Shown here one piece after another: positions 1 to 13,337 of a DNA stretch of 64,000 bases (the stretch's first letter is position 1; every line of letters begins with the position of its first letter). The translations under genes were made by a program, and so were the position numbers. The notes below the pieces were generated by a model that saw nothing but the letters and a program-made list of their open reading frames with translations, made no database searches and was not told the origin of the DNA. Source of the DNA: Octopus sinensis (lineage: Eukaryota); NCBI RefSeq assembly GCF_006345805.1, contig NC_043020.1:30814001-30878000 (forward strand). Direction: 5' to 3'.

Positions 1-790
1 ATCAAAAAGTTGCTGGACTAGTGCCAACAGGTGGCAGCACATGGTTATGTGTGCGATGAGAACTAGCAGTGACTTTCACGAGGCAATGTGCTGAGCAACA
101 AAGCTGGGTTTACTTTGCAAGTTGTGTTTTTGTGATCACGAGTGTCTGCTGTAGTCCGCGATTTTTGTCATGGGCAGGAACAAAAAGAGCCAACATGAAA
201 ATTTGCATTTAATTTGGGAAGTCTGCTACAGAGACATAGAGCATGCTTCGGCAAGCTTATGGTGGCTAGGCAATGGGTGCTTCAAAAGTGGAAGAATGTC
301 TCTGAAAGACCTGTCAAGAGCATCACCTCTGGAAATATGGTATTGTGCATTGAGAATTTGTCCCCCAGGACCGGACCATCGAGAGTTCAACTGCATTTGA
401 GGAAGGACATTCGGTGAAAGCAACCATATTTGTGGAACATGAAAAACTGGATTCCTCACTCATGAGTTTCTCACCAAAAGCAACATGGCATCATTTCTGT
501 ACCTGCTCTGTTCACCAGATTTAGCACCTGTGAACTTCCATCCCTTCCCCAAGATGAAAATGCAGCTCAAAGGTTGCTATTTTAACACCGTTGTTGAGAT
601 CAAAAGCAAATTGCAGAAGGTCCTCAATTCCCTTACAGAAAATTACTTCCAGGCTGGATTCCAAATGTGGCAGGGATGCTGGGATTGGTGCACAAGGTGG
701 ATTATTTCAAAGGAGATGTTAAAACTCAGGTAAAAAAGTTATTTTTTATTAAACATAACTCGTCCAGAAACCTTTTGATACCACCTCCTA
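1..790 (+). mobile_element. Degenerate mariner (Tc1/mariner) transposon, left end cut by the window edge
   Basis: TIR atcaaaaagttgctggactag at 1 matches the reverse complement of 759-779. ORF 485-733 has the SPDLAP..F.FPKMK.QLKG motif. Confidence 0.85.
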
Positions 791-1679
791 TGACAGGCTT
801 CTTTCAGTTTCTGTCTACCTAATTCTCTCACAAGGCTTTGGTTGACCCAGGTCTATAGTAGAAAACACCTAATGTGCAAGCAGTGGGATTGAACCCAGAA
901 CCATGTGATTGAGAAGCAAACTTCTTACCACAAAGCCATGTCTACACCTAAAATTATTTTAATTTAGTTCCAATAATTCAAAATTTATGAAAAAAAAAAA
1001 AAATCAACCCAGGACCCTTCATTAGTCCTCCAGTGGTGTGGAGGGGTCCCTCCCCCACCCCAGGGAATGTTTGTTTATGTGTATCTCAGAGATAGTGCTT
1101 TCCATCCATGTGATTTCTAAACACACACTATTATTACTTGCTGAATGATGACAAGTGTCCACACTTGTTATTTGTGTCTGGGGTTGTTATACCCCACCAT
1201 AACCATTCACTCTACTATTTATTGACAGGGACATTTTTGTTTCATTTTCTTTATTATTGTTTATTTTACTTATTTTTATGTCTGAAAGGCTGATTATTTC
1301 TCACATAATATATATATTATTGTCAACTGACCAACATCTTTTTCCTTTTTTGTTATTAGATGTTCTGAATGTCATAAAAGTGAAAATAACTCCTGAGATC
1401 AATTTGTTCAACTAATCCCTTTTAAGGTTGTGGCCCAGCATGGTCACACTCCAATGACTGGAAGAAATAAAAGATAAAAAGTCTAAAACCCAGTCTTTCC
1501 TGTAAGGTGTACAGTGTCTAGAAAACATTGGTGGGATTTTAGGTAAATTTGGCTGCAATTTCTAGCACCTAAATGACTATATTAGGCTTCCTCAACTCAT
1601 TAGTATTAGAAATATTCTGAAAAGTGTAAGTAAAATAATAGAATCCAAGAAAACTAGTGAAGGTTTGTATTAAAAATAA

Positions 1680-2190
1680 CGAGCATCATTTGCAAAGTTC
1701 ACAGACTGACTGAGATACTCTCATGGAATGCAACCAAATGAGGTTTATTTTTCAACATAATGACCCCTTGTGGTCCACATATTCCTTCCATCAGTGCTTA
1801 AGTACTTGGCTCCCATTGGTGAAGAAGCTTTCATCCTGTTGGTCAAAAAATGTCAACAACAGCAGATATGATGTCATTATCACTGTGATGCTGGTTCTCA
1901 GTCAAGTATTTCCCCATGTTAGGAAGCAGATGATAGCTAGATGGGGCCAAATTAGGGAAATAAGGATTGATAATCAACCACTTGAAAGCCATTCAAACCA
2001 AATACTTTATCCTGATAAAGCAAGACCCCTTTAGTTAGTTTTTCTAGGCATTTGGTGATGATAGCCTTTCATAACTGCCACAACAAGTTGGCTTACAAGT
2101 TACTCTCCATTGATGGTGTGGCCCTTTTGAAGATAGTCAACACAATGCCTTTTGTATCCCAAAATCAGAGGCCATCATCTTCCTGGCTTT
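1680..2190 (-). mobile_element. Mariner transposase remnant
   Basis: Reverse strand near 1940-1966 reads PYFPNLAP (decayed YSPDLAP), with mariner-like C-terminal text around it. Confidence 0.7.
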
Positions 2191-2839
2191 TGTAGATAAG
2201 TAACTATTAATTAATCATAGAAACATATTAATTTTGAACAGGTGTTCCCTGAAAATTAGCAAATATTATGGTCATAACATGAGGGTACACATCATAAGCC
2301 TGGGTTACTTATTCAGAAATTTGTCCCTTAGACCAAGTATGCAATATAAAATAAAAGCTGTATGAAGCTGAAACTGCCTCAGCAGCTCTTCCAAATCAAT
2401 TTAAAAGAAACATTAAAAGAAACAGGTAGACTGAAGAGAAATTGAAGAGATTTTATAACGTTGGTGTGGCTGTGTGGTGAAGAGGTTTGCTTCTCAAGGT
2501 TCAGTTCCACTGTATGGTACCTTTGGCAAGTGTCTTCTACTATAACCTTAGGCTGACCAAAGCCTTGTGAGTGGATTTGGCAGATGGAAACTAAAAGAAG
2601 CCTGTCGTGTATGTGTCTCTTTGCCTTGATACTGTGTAATAATTGTAGACAAGAGTCGTGTCACGAAAGCAATGTCCTTCCTGCAGTCGTGTGGTCATGG
2701 GGAGATATTTTGTCCATTGGAAACAGCTGAAGGTTGGTAACAGGGAGAGCATCCAGTCAAAGAAAATCTGCTTTAACAAATTCCATCCAACCCATGCAAG
2801 CATAGAAAAGTAGATTTAAAATGATGACATTCACAATGA

Positions 2840-3070
2840 ACGGCTCACTCTTCAATTTGACACAAGGAATTCTACAACACATTTCAACTATGTCTGGAAA
2901 CTAAGAGACCAGAACATTGGCAACAACATCAAATCAAGAGTCCTTGCACATTAAAAGAACACATCTTACTCTAATTGAAGAATACAACAACCATCGAAAT
3001 AATGAAAACAAGATCTTCAGCAAGTTTACTCAATACCTTTAGGAAATTCCACCATTATTGAACTATCAAA
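2840..3070 (+). mobile_element. Penelope-like element fragment (endonuclease C-terminal region)
   Basis: Decayed NST...YVWKLRDQNI..NIK text resembling PLE GIY-YIG C-termini. Confidence 0.45.
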
Positions 3071-3921
3071 ATTACTCTGCTTTCACCCGATGTTTTTACT
3101 GCCTTCACTAACTTTTTATTTCCTTTCTCACACCCACAATAATATTGCCTCATGCCAGAGGTCATGTAGGGTTATATACTTCATAGAGCCCTTCATAAGT
3201 GGTTGGGTGTATAAATGTATGGGGTTAGTGGTTAGGGGATTTGGCACATGATTGTAAGGTTGCAAATTTGATACCCAGTACCCTGTTGTATCCTTGAACA
3301 AAGCATTTCATTTCATGTTGCTCCAAAAAATGAGTAGTGCTTGTATTTTAGAGTCCAGCCTTGTCACATCCTGTGTCATGCTGGATCTCACTCAGAACTA
3401 TATTAAGGGTACATCTGTCTGTACAGTGTTCAGCCACTGACCGACATTAATTTTGCAAGCAGGCTGTTCTATTGATCAGATCAACTGGAACTCTCAGGAT
3501 TGTAACTGATGGCAGTGCTAGTTAGAAATGCACAAGTTATCAGTACATGTCTATGTGTGTGTGTGCATGCTCCCACTTCACACGATTCATGGTACTGTCT
3601 TTGCAAGTGACATAACTGAGGCTTCTAAACACTAAACATCATCACTTTCACATCTCTTCTTTCCTCATATTACATACAGGTTTCTTTGTTTCATCTCAGA
3701 CATTATGAGGTGGCCACCTTGGATGTACAACCTGATGAATGCAGCAACTGCAATAACAATTACATTTACATAAAGCACAACCAACACTGTCCTGCATGAA
3801 ACTTGAGTTGTTGTATTCTGTCCCTTAATAACTGTAAAAAGGACCACTTCAAATAGTAAACTCTTTTCTAAATTAAGTACTTTTACTTAAATTTCATTCA
3901 TATAATAATAGTGAAAGCATA

Positions 3922-4086
3922 GACGCAGGAGTGGCTGTGTGGTAAGTAGCTTGCTAACCAACCACATGGTTCTGGGTTCAGTCCCACTGCGTGGAATCTT
4001 GGGAAGGTGTCTTCTGCTATAGCCCCGGGCTGACCAATGCCTTGTGAGTGGATTTGGTAGATGGAAACTGAAAGAAGCCTGTCGTA

Positions 4087-4127
<41 letters not shown>

Positions 4128-4335
4128 TTGTGTGTCTGTGTTTGTCTCCCTAGCATTGCTTGACAACCGATGCTGGTGTGTTTACGTCCCCGTCACTTAG
4201 CGGTTCGGCAAAAGAGACCAATAGAATAAGTACTGGGCTTACAAAGAATAAGTCCCGGGTTCGATTTGCTCGACTAAAGGCGGTGCTCCAGCATGGCCGC
4301 AGTCAAATGACTGAAACAAGTAAAAGAGTAAAAGA
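3922..4335 (+). mobile_element. tRNA-derived SINE, near full length (family also at about 790-950, 2460-2830, 6000-6360, 30100-30460, 59660-60050, 61260-61390)
   Basis: A-box gtggctgtgtgg, B-box ggttcagtccc, shared body ccttgtgagtggatttggtagatggaaactgaaagaagcc, internal (TA)n and (gtaaaaga)n tail. Many dispersed copies in both orientations. Confidence 0.9.
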
Positions 4336-4363
4336 GAGAGTAAAGAGCATGTGTGTGTGTGTA

Positions 4364-4523
4364 CCTTTATTAAAGCTGTAAAAATCTTCACAAAACTTTT
4401 ACTCAGGGTTTCATGTTCCCATTTGTTGGACAGTTGTGTGAGTATTCATCACAACTGTCCGATGAATGGTAATGTGAAATTCTGAGTATCAGTTTTGTGA
4501 AGATTTTGCAGATTTAATAAAAG
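4364..4523. repeat. Palindromic short element with two head-to-head degenerate hammerhead-like motifs
   Basis: Arms ctttattaaagctgtaaaaatcttcacaaaact / agttttgtgaagattttgcagatttaataaaag. Right arm carries aactgt-CCGATGA...GAAA-ttctgag-TA-tcagtt. Confidence 0.6.
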
Positions 4524-4610
4524 CATATTACTTGACCTTAGGTATTTGAGTACTATGTTTTACCATCTAGTTTTGCATTTATGTGCTTACGCATGTGTGT
4601 GTGTGTGTGT

Positions 4611-4643
<33 letters not shown>

Positions 4644-6991
4644 GGGAGAGTTTACAAAAAAAAAACAAAAGACAAAGACAGGTGGTATACAAAACAAACA
4701 AATGTATTAGTATAACGTTCAGGAATAGAAAAAGTCTTTTACATTTCAAGCCTACGCTCTTCTACAGAAAGGGACACAGAAAAAAACAAGGAGAGAAAAA
4801 AAATGTGTGTAGTGCTAACAATCTATCATGGTGTATATATATACACAAACTTAGATCTAGGTAGATGGTCCAGTGGTTTGGGTGTTGCATTCGTAATCGT
4901 ACAGCTGTGGTTTCAGTTCTTAGACTGGCAGCTGAAAGCTACAATATGAGCAAGCATATCATGACCAGTGGTGCATAACAACATCAGAGCCTGGTTAATA
5001 GTCATGCGTGTATGTAAAAATATATACACACACAAGCATATATACTCATACACTATCAGAGGTAATTGGCGAAGTGATTTTAGAGAGAATGAATTCATCC
5101 GACATGTCTAGATATGTTGTTGTTATATTTGTTCATGCATATATATATATATACACATTAGATAGTAGCATGTGCCTTGAGCTGCTATTTCTACCAATTT
5201 GGAATACCTTGTGAGGGATCCCCCCTCATTGGCTATGGCAGTGGAGTTGTGTAGTGATATGTGGGTGCTATTCATGTCAAATGTAAAGATCTCCCTTGGT
5301 GGCTCATGCAGATATACATTAACCAAGCAGGTGAGTGAAAATTTGACTATTGTGTCTAATAGGTCAAGATATCATCAAGGAACAGTTGTGGGCAAACCGT
5401 GGGTTGTGGAAAACAAAATTACCTTGATTCTATTACGAGTGAGGCCCACTTGATGATGAGCCATGTCTCATGCAGCCAGCTTCTTGAAAAAGGCTCACAT
5501 CACATCATCAAGATCTCAAAGCTATGAGACAAGACATGATTCATTCAAAACAATGGGAATAAACAAGTGTTTGAGTAATTCAAATGCCAAAGGGAAATTT
5601 GCTTACTATTACTAGCACGACTAGCTAGTAATAGTAACCATGCCTGATGTAGAGGATCCATCTCTGGTTCATACAAACATATATAAATTTTTAACATAAT
5701 AAGCTATAATATGGTTACTGTTTCCAACAAATCAGTCTAATACAGAAGTTTTCTTTGTTATACATACATTACAATAAGTATCATTTACAGATTTGACTGT
5801 TATTTTTAGCACATTATTCTAATATAGAGATCTCCAATGTTGGCTCATATATACTTGACAGTAGCCATCATTTAAGGGAGATTTGGTTGCTATTTCTAGT
5901 ATTTCTGGTTATAATGCTGAGGACTAACTTATTGGCAGTTGTCAACATTATAGTTTTTGTTGGTCATGCTTAGACTTATTTTGTACTTTTCATCTTTTAT
6001 TCGTTTGGGTCATTGGACTATGGCCATGATGGGGCACTGCCTTGGAGGGTTTAGTTAAACAAATCAATGCCAAAATCTGGCACTTATTCTATGAGTCTCT
6101 TTTGCTGACCTACTAAGTTATGGGGATGTAAACAAGCCAACACTGGCTATCAAGCAGTTGTTGGGGTACAAATACAAACACACACATGGATAAATATATA
6201 TATATGACAGGCTTCTTTCAGTTTCCATTGACCAAATCCCTTCACAAGGCTTTGGCCAGCCAGGGCCCATAGCAGAAGACACCTGCCAAAAGTGCCCTGC
6301 AGTGGGACTGAATCTGGAACCATGTGGTTGGGAAGCAAGCTTTTCAACCACACAGCCATGCCCCAGGGATTAGGGATTAGGGTATTGAGCAATCATAAAA
6401 CTGTTGTTTCAATTCCTGGGACCTGGTAGTGTGTTGCTGCCTTGAGCAAGGCACTTCGATTGCTTCAGTTTACTCAGGTAAAAAAAAAAATAAAAGGACC
6501 AGCCTATTGCTGGAGCAGTCCTTTTCCCCTGTTATAATCCTAATGTTAGGATGTGACCCTTAGGTTAAGAGGTGGGAGGGCCAATAAAGTATCTATGTCT
6601 ACTCACAACTATACAGATACCTAAAACAAAAAGTGAAACGAAAGTATGGTACATGTTTGCAGATAATAGTCATTAGCAAATGGTGGTCATGGTATGGATT
6701 TGTTGATGATGATAAAGTTGTTTAGCCCCCAAGTAAATCCTAATACAGCAAACTTGGCCTTCCAGTTGCAATCACATTATCTTCTCTTATCTCAGAGATT
6801 ACTAAAAGAATTATTGAGTGTATGGTTCATGATATCAAGTCATACTTGATTATGAGTATTCACTGATTCTAAGAATATTCTTAGCTTGTCCTGAAATAAT
6901 GCATAAAAAGATAAAACTTTTTTTTATTTTAAATTAGCTGACACGGATCATTCAAATGGCAGATGTTTGCAGAGTAATTCTTCCTCTATAG

Positions 6992-7256
6992 CAGTGTTTC
7001 TCAACAAATTTTTATCTATGGACCCTGTTGATTCTTAATTTACTGACAGATCCTAAATACCATTCGATGTTTAAAAAGTCCTATTATATATTTATGATTA
7101 AATATTATGAGGAATTGTATAAAAAATTGTTTAAATATTGTATATTGTAGAGGTAAAACCAATTTAATGTAGATGAATTTTAACAAAATCTTACCTTGAT
7201 CATCAAGGGTAATGTGGACCCCTAAGGATTAGATGGACTTCAGTTGAGAACCAATG
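6992..7256. mobile_element. hAT (Charlie-type) MITE
   Basis: TIRs cagtgtttctcaac / gttgagaaccaatg. Perfect 8-bp TSD ctctatag at 6984-6991 and 7257-7264. Confidence 0.9.
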
Positions 7257-7264
7257 CTCTATAG

Positions 7265-8290
7265 TATCACTTCTTTGTTTTCTTCTTGAATGCTGGTAAA
7301 TAATGGATTCCAAGCAGAACCACTGAGTTCTTAATGAAGGAAGGAATGCAGGCTGTTGACACTGACAGAAAGATGAAGTTTAAGGAAGCAAGAAGCTGGC
7401 ATTGAAGACAAAACATGTAGCAGGAGGCCACCAACTGCAACCAGACATGAATCACCGGCAAATTAATGAACTGATTCATATGAACAGATGAGTCATCAAC
7501 TGTGAACTTGCTGCACAACTGTGGTTCCAGTATAGGAACAGAAAAAGTGGAAGACTTTAGGTATGAGAATGTGTGGGTATCTTGAGAGTCGACACTTAAT
7601 TTGAAGAAGGGAAGAGTGGAAGTTGACTCTGATCTGCTCAAAGCATTTGAAACCAATGAACAGGCTTTTTCAAACCTGTTGACAAGGAATGAAACACAGG
7701 TTTATATTTATGATCCAGAAATAAAGGCTCAATCAATGGAAGCATCATACTTCTTCCTTGAGAGTTAAGAATTTCAAGAGTCAGCAATTTGCAGAGAAAG
7801 TCATAGAAATTGGGAATGGCAAAGGCATCTTTCTCCTTGACATTCAGGAACATGGCTCTACCTGGAACAGCAAGCAGTACACTGAGATATTCAGAGCTTA
7901 GAGAAACTATGAGGAGGAAGTGACCAACCACGGATCTAAAAATGATCTGCATTCACCATGATATGTGATCACACGAATCAGCTAATAGGTAAATTACACT
8001 TGAAAGTGGTTCCTCAGTTCATCCTGGATCTGGAACACTAAAAATTCTACCTGTTCTGTCCAAGGAAGGACAGCTTTCAGGAACAACAGTTTTATAAAAC
8101 AAATGAGGTGAAAGTAGCCATGAAAAAGCAGGTGCAACAGTGTATACTTTAAGTTTTTCAGAAAGGATTTAAGAGTTGGTTTCAATGATGGTGAAAAAAC
8201 ATTGCTTAGACGAAGGCTGTGTTGAATAGTAACCTTTGCGTAGAGGAAAACGTACTTGAGTCACATGCACAATTTGAACGACCGATGTCA
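7265..8290 (+). mobile_element. Highly decayed mariner transposon
   Basis: Remnants of the ET.VY.YDPE motif (~7690-7720) and a YSPDLAP-like stretch (~8015-8040). Confidence 0.55.
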
Positions 8291-8387
8291 GTTGATAGAA
8301 AAAGTTATGCGCACTTTTGCATTACCTCCAGAATAACCCTCACGTGAATAATGACAAAAAGAAAACTTAGAGGTAATAAAGGTATTG

Positions 8388-9040
8388 TGGAGGCACATGG
8401 CTTAGTGGTTAGGGTGTTAGACTCACTATTGTAAGATTGTGGTTTTGATTCCTGGACTGTGAAATATGTTGTATTCCTCAAGCAAACCACTCCATTTCAT
8501 GTTGTTCCAGTCCATTCAGCCGGCAAAAATTAGTAATCCTGCAACTGACCGGCATCCTGTGCAGAGTAGGGCATATATATACCAGAGAATCCGGGGAAAC
8601 TGGCCCTATGAGTCTATATGACCCAGGAAGGGGCTAATGGAGGTATTGTGTTTTTATATCTATTGAAAATAAAGAAATGATATCTGCATTCCTCCTGATT
8701 AATCGTTTCCTTTTATCATCAAGATATTACTTTGCGCCTCCACTGGTTAAGGCATTTGGCCTGCAACTGTAAGGTTATGAATTCTGAGCAACGCATTGTG
8801 TTCTTGAGCAAGACATTTTATTTCAAGTTGCTCCAGTCCACTCACTGGCAAAAATGAGTTGTGCCTATATTTCAAAGGACCAGCCTTGTCACACTGAATC
8901 TCCCTTTATTAACTATGTTAATGGTGCATGTATTTGTGGGATTTTCAGCCACTTGCACATTAAACTCATGAGCAGGCTGTTCAGTTGATTGGATCAACTG
9001 GAACCCTCATTGTTGTAATTGATAGAATGCCAGTGTATTA
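8388..9040 (+). mobile_element. Two tRNA-derived SINEs of a second family (related copies at about 3220-3520, 6370-6480, 32478-32765)
   Basis: Head gtggaggcacatggcttagtggttagggtgt with a B-box-like ggttttgattcc, and shared ttcatgttgctccagtccactcagc body. Confidence 0.75.
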
Positions 9041-9079
9041 CTCTGTACACTACTCACACACAAACACGCATATATACAT

Positions 9080-10450
9080 GCTAGTGCGCCAGCGAGACAA
9101 GTCTGACGTCATGCACACCAGAATGATGCCTTGTGCAGAATGCCATACTGACCATTGCAAACTCAAACCCCACTTCAAGCCCAAACCAACAAAAAAGACA
9201 GGACTGGCCAACAAGAAAAAACTAGCGATCTGCAGATAAATGAAGCTTGATAAATCCAATCATCCTTCAAATCCCCCTCCAGAAATCCTATGGGAACAAC
9301 TGAAAACCACCGTCCTACACATCTCTGCAGAAATCCTTGGGTTTATGAAGAAAAAGAACAAGGATTGGTTGGATGAAAACAATGTTCTGATCCAGGAATT
9401 ATTAAAGAAGAAGAGGTCTGTCCACCAAGCATACCTGGCACAACTGACCTGCCATGAGAAGAAAGTGGCCTTTCGCCAAGCCTGCAGCTTTCTGCAGCAC
9501 AAACTCTGTGAATTTCAGAATGAGTGGTGAACCAACCTTGCATGGAGAACCCAGCCATGCACTGACTCTGGCAACTATAAGGGGTTCTATGAAGCTCTCA
9601 AAGCAGTCTATGGCCCAGCACATCAAGTCCAGAGTCCCCTGCATAGCTCAGATGGCCAAGCACTTCTCACAGACACACTCATCCAACCTCAACCGCTGGT
9701 CTGATTACTTTCAGGTCCTCTTCAGTGCAAACTGAGTTGTCCAGGAAAACGCAATCCTCCACATCCAGCAGCAAGCAGAGTGAAATTAGATGAGCCTCCA
9801 ACCCTGGAAGAGACCACAGTTGCCATAGGCTGGCCGAAGAACAGAAAAGCAGCAGGAGTTGATGGCATGGGGGTCCTGTCATACATGCTAAATTTCATGA
9901 GCTCCTCATTGCATGCTGGGAACAGGGTAAGTTGCCACAAGATCTCCGCAATGCTGTCATCATTACACTATACAAAAACAAAGGGGAAATGTCAGACTGC
10001 TCAAACTACTGGGGGATCACCCTGCTTTCCATTGGCGGGAAAAGTTCTAGCGAGACTACTCCTCAACAGACTTGTTCTGTCCATCACCGAACATCCATCT
10101 TCCAGAAAACCAAAGTGGTTTCAGGCCTAACAGATATGGCTTTCGTTCTCAGGAAGCTCCAGGAAAAGTGTCGGAAGCAAAACAAACCACTTTATGTAAT
10201 ATTTGTTGATCTGACGAAAGTGTTCAACACTGTGAGCAGGAAAAGTCTGTGGCAGATCCTAAACCGACTTGGCTGTCTCCCAAAATTCCTAACCATAATC
10301 ATCCAGCTTCATGAAGACCAGCAAGGATAAGTCCACCTGAAAAGTGACATATCAGAGCCATTCTCAATCAACAATGGTGTGAAGTAGGGCTATGTCCAAT
10401 TCTCTTCAGCATGATACTCAAGCAGGCCACTGCAGATGGCATCTACATCA
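9080..10450 (+). mobile_element. RTE-clade LINE fragment (end of APE, linker, first half of RT), frameshifted
   Basis: ORF pieces CHTDH, KNKDWLDEN, KAAGVDG, LYKNKGEMSDCSNYWGITLLS, LQEKCRKQNKPLYVIFVDLTKVFNTV. Confidence 0.92.
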
Positions 10451-11619
10451 AGTACATGTAAAACGAAGAAGACAAATAAAATCATCATCATTTCAGATGT
10501 TTCCCAGTGTTGGCAGAGGTTGGATGGTTGAGCAGGAACCAATAAGGCAAAGGACTGAGTTGAGCTCCAGTTGTCTCTTTTGCCAGGGTTTCTACAGCTG
10601 GGTGCCCTTTCAAATGTCAATCACCTTACAGAGTGTGGATCGGGTGCTTTAGAGAAAGAGAGAAATATACACATGGACACAACATAGGTACGAAAATTCA
10701 TATTCAATAGCAAAAAAGAAACAAAAATAAAAGTTCAGGAGAAAAGTGAAATAAGAGAAACACAAGCGTTTTTTTTTTATATTATTTTTGTTGATTATAT
10801 TTTTTTTTTCAAACTGAAGAAGTCTTTCCAGAATGTTCTTTACACATTTAATAATTAAAGTATAATGTCTGTCTTCTTTATCTTTGTTAATATTATTCCA
10901 TTAAGGTGAGGGTTAAATTTCTCAGCTAAAAAAATAACAAAGAAATTGCAGGCTAACAGAAGAGAACCAAGCTCACCAGAGGGCTATCCAAAGATTTTGT
11001 GAGTGTAAAAAAAAAGGGGGAGGGGAAGGATTGGAGAGGGAGGAAACACCCTGGAGCCATTAAAAATAGCAGTTTGTATTTTTTCTTTTACTTGGGACGG
11101 TTTGTGAGAATTGTTAACCAGCCAGTCAGAGAAAATTTGCAATAAACATACAGTAAATAATGAAAAGAAAAGCAAACAAAAACGAGCGATAGCAAGGAGG
11201 GGGGGAGAAGAAAGAGAGAATGATAGATAATGTGTGTGTTTTTAATACAATGTTACCTTGTTGAAATATTGCCAACAAGATTGGAAGTCAACCAGTCAGA
11301 AACAGTGGAGTAACCTATGCAATCAACATTAATTTTGCATTCTAAGCAAATTTTTCCACCCATATAAATAAAAAGTTAGGCCAAAAATGATTAAAAATAA
11401 AAGTTAACCTCGATAATTTCATCTTATCCCTAAAATTGTCTCCAGCCTTGGGTCATTCAGAAAAAAAATATCCTTAGAGTAGTTTCTCCTTCATTCTTAA
11501 ATTCTTTTATCGGTTCCTTTTATTTAATTAACAAAACCTAGCTAGATACAGGCAAAAGATTTTGAGACAAACTTGTTCTGAGAAAAATAAATATTACTTC
11601 TAATAATAATATTACATTA

Positions 11620-13080
11620 ATAGTAAGAATCCTTTCTACGAGAGGCACAAGGCCAGGAAATATGTGGAAGGGGGTTGATTACATGACCCCCCCACCCCCC
11701 GGAAGGCAGAGCCAAACTTTGCAGAATTTGAACACAGAACATAAAGACAAATGAAATACCACTAAACATTCTGTCCAGTGTCCTAACGATTATGTCAGCC
11801 CAAAGCTAGCAATTATAGAGAAGAGACAGTATTGTTGATACCATTAACCTAATCAGTATTTGACCAGTACTTTGTTTCACTGACCCCCACTGAAAAACAT
11901 TGTAGACCTTAGTAGGATTTGAACTCATGAACTCAGAATGTAAAGAGCTAGAATAAATTCTGCAAAACATTTCTTCCCCAATGTTGTAATAGTTCTGCCA
12001 ATGCACTACAAATTACAACTGTTTCTGATTTAGTTATGAAACCAACAATTTTGGGAGAGAGGGGATACTCGTTGCCATCAACCCAGTACTTGACTAGTAC
12101 TTTATTTCACCCACCCAGAGGGATGGATGAAAGGCAATGTTACTCTTGGTAGGGTTAAAGAGCGGGAACAAATACCACAAAGGATTTATGCTTGACTGAT
12201 TCTGTCAATCTGTAATTATTCTTAATGGGACAAAATACAGTGGTGAGTCAATTATATTGACCCCAATTTTTAATAGGTACTTTAAATTATTGACTGCGCA
12301 CAAGGATAAAAATCAACAGCTGACCTCTGCAAGACTCAGAAGGTACAAAGCCATAACAGAATGTAAAGGGATCACCATCTGATGCCTGTTTTATGCTGGC
12401 ATGAGTTGAATGGTTTGACAGGGGCTGGCAAGCCAGAGGACTTTACTGAACCCATGTTTGTTTAGGCATGGCTTCTGCAGCTGGATGCCCTTCCTAATGC
12501 CCACCACTTCAGAGAATACTGGTTGTGGCTAAATAACAGAAGACATTCTGTTCATTGCTTTACCACTCATCATTTGACAATAATGGTTTCAAATTTTGGC
12601 ACAAGACCAGCAATTTTAGGGGAGGAGTAGCCAGTACTTGACTAGTACTTTATTTTAATGATTCTGGGAGAGTCAAAGGTAAAGTTGACTTTGCTGGGAT
12701 TTGAACTCAGAATATAAGGAGTTAGAAAGCTTTTTTCCCAATGCTCTAATGAGTGTTAATCCACCAACTTTAGCAGAAGGTCAGCAGTTCTGGGGGAAGG
12801 GGTAAGTTGATTGCATCGACCCCCAGTGCTCAACTGGTACTTATTTTATCAACCCTAGAAGGATGCAAGGCAAAGTTGAACTCAGAACCTAAAGATGGAC
12901 GAAATGCTGCTCTGCATTTTGCTCAACATGATTCACTTCCCTAAGAATAAATGTTTCTGAAATAACTTTCTACTTTAGGCACAAGGCCTGCAATTTTAGT
13001 GGAGCGAACTCATTGTCTTCATTGATCCCTAACAGCTTCAAAAGGATGAAAGGGAAAGTTGACCTCAAACTGTTTCTATG
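11620..13080 (-). mobile_element. Cluster of about 7 decayed copies of a third SINE family (also 26270-26530, 59060-59290, 60660-61215)
   Basis: Recurrent aatcctttctactataggcacaaggcctgaaattttgg...ggtacttaatttatcgacccc...ggatgaaaggcaaagttgac...gaactcag motif with (taa)n tails. Confidence 0.8.
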
Positions 13081-13337
13081 CCACGGCTTGGTTCTAGCTA
13101 TAAATAAGAATTTTCTTTTAATTTGTAAAAAAAACAAAAAGAAATAACTAAAAAAGGAAATCAATGAATGCTTAATACTTCTTAAGATCCACCCCAGTCC
13201 CTAAATCTACCCCACTCCAACAATTGAATTGTAAGAAGCAGAAACGATTTAAAATATTTGCATAGATAAATTATTTTGCTCATTTGTATATTCAAAATAA
13301 AATTCCTATCAGAAAAATCCTTTTTATTAAATAATTA

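Noticed and set aside
3922-3995. tRNA gene (also the heads at 8388 and 32478)
   Set aside because: The A/B boxes continue into SINE bodies repeated across the window, and no complete cloverleaf could be drawn.
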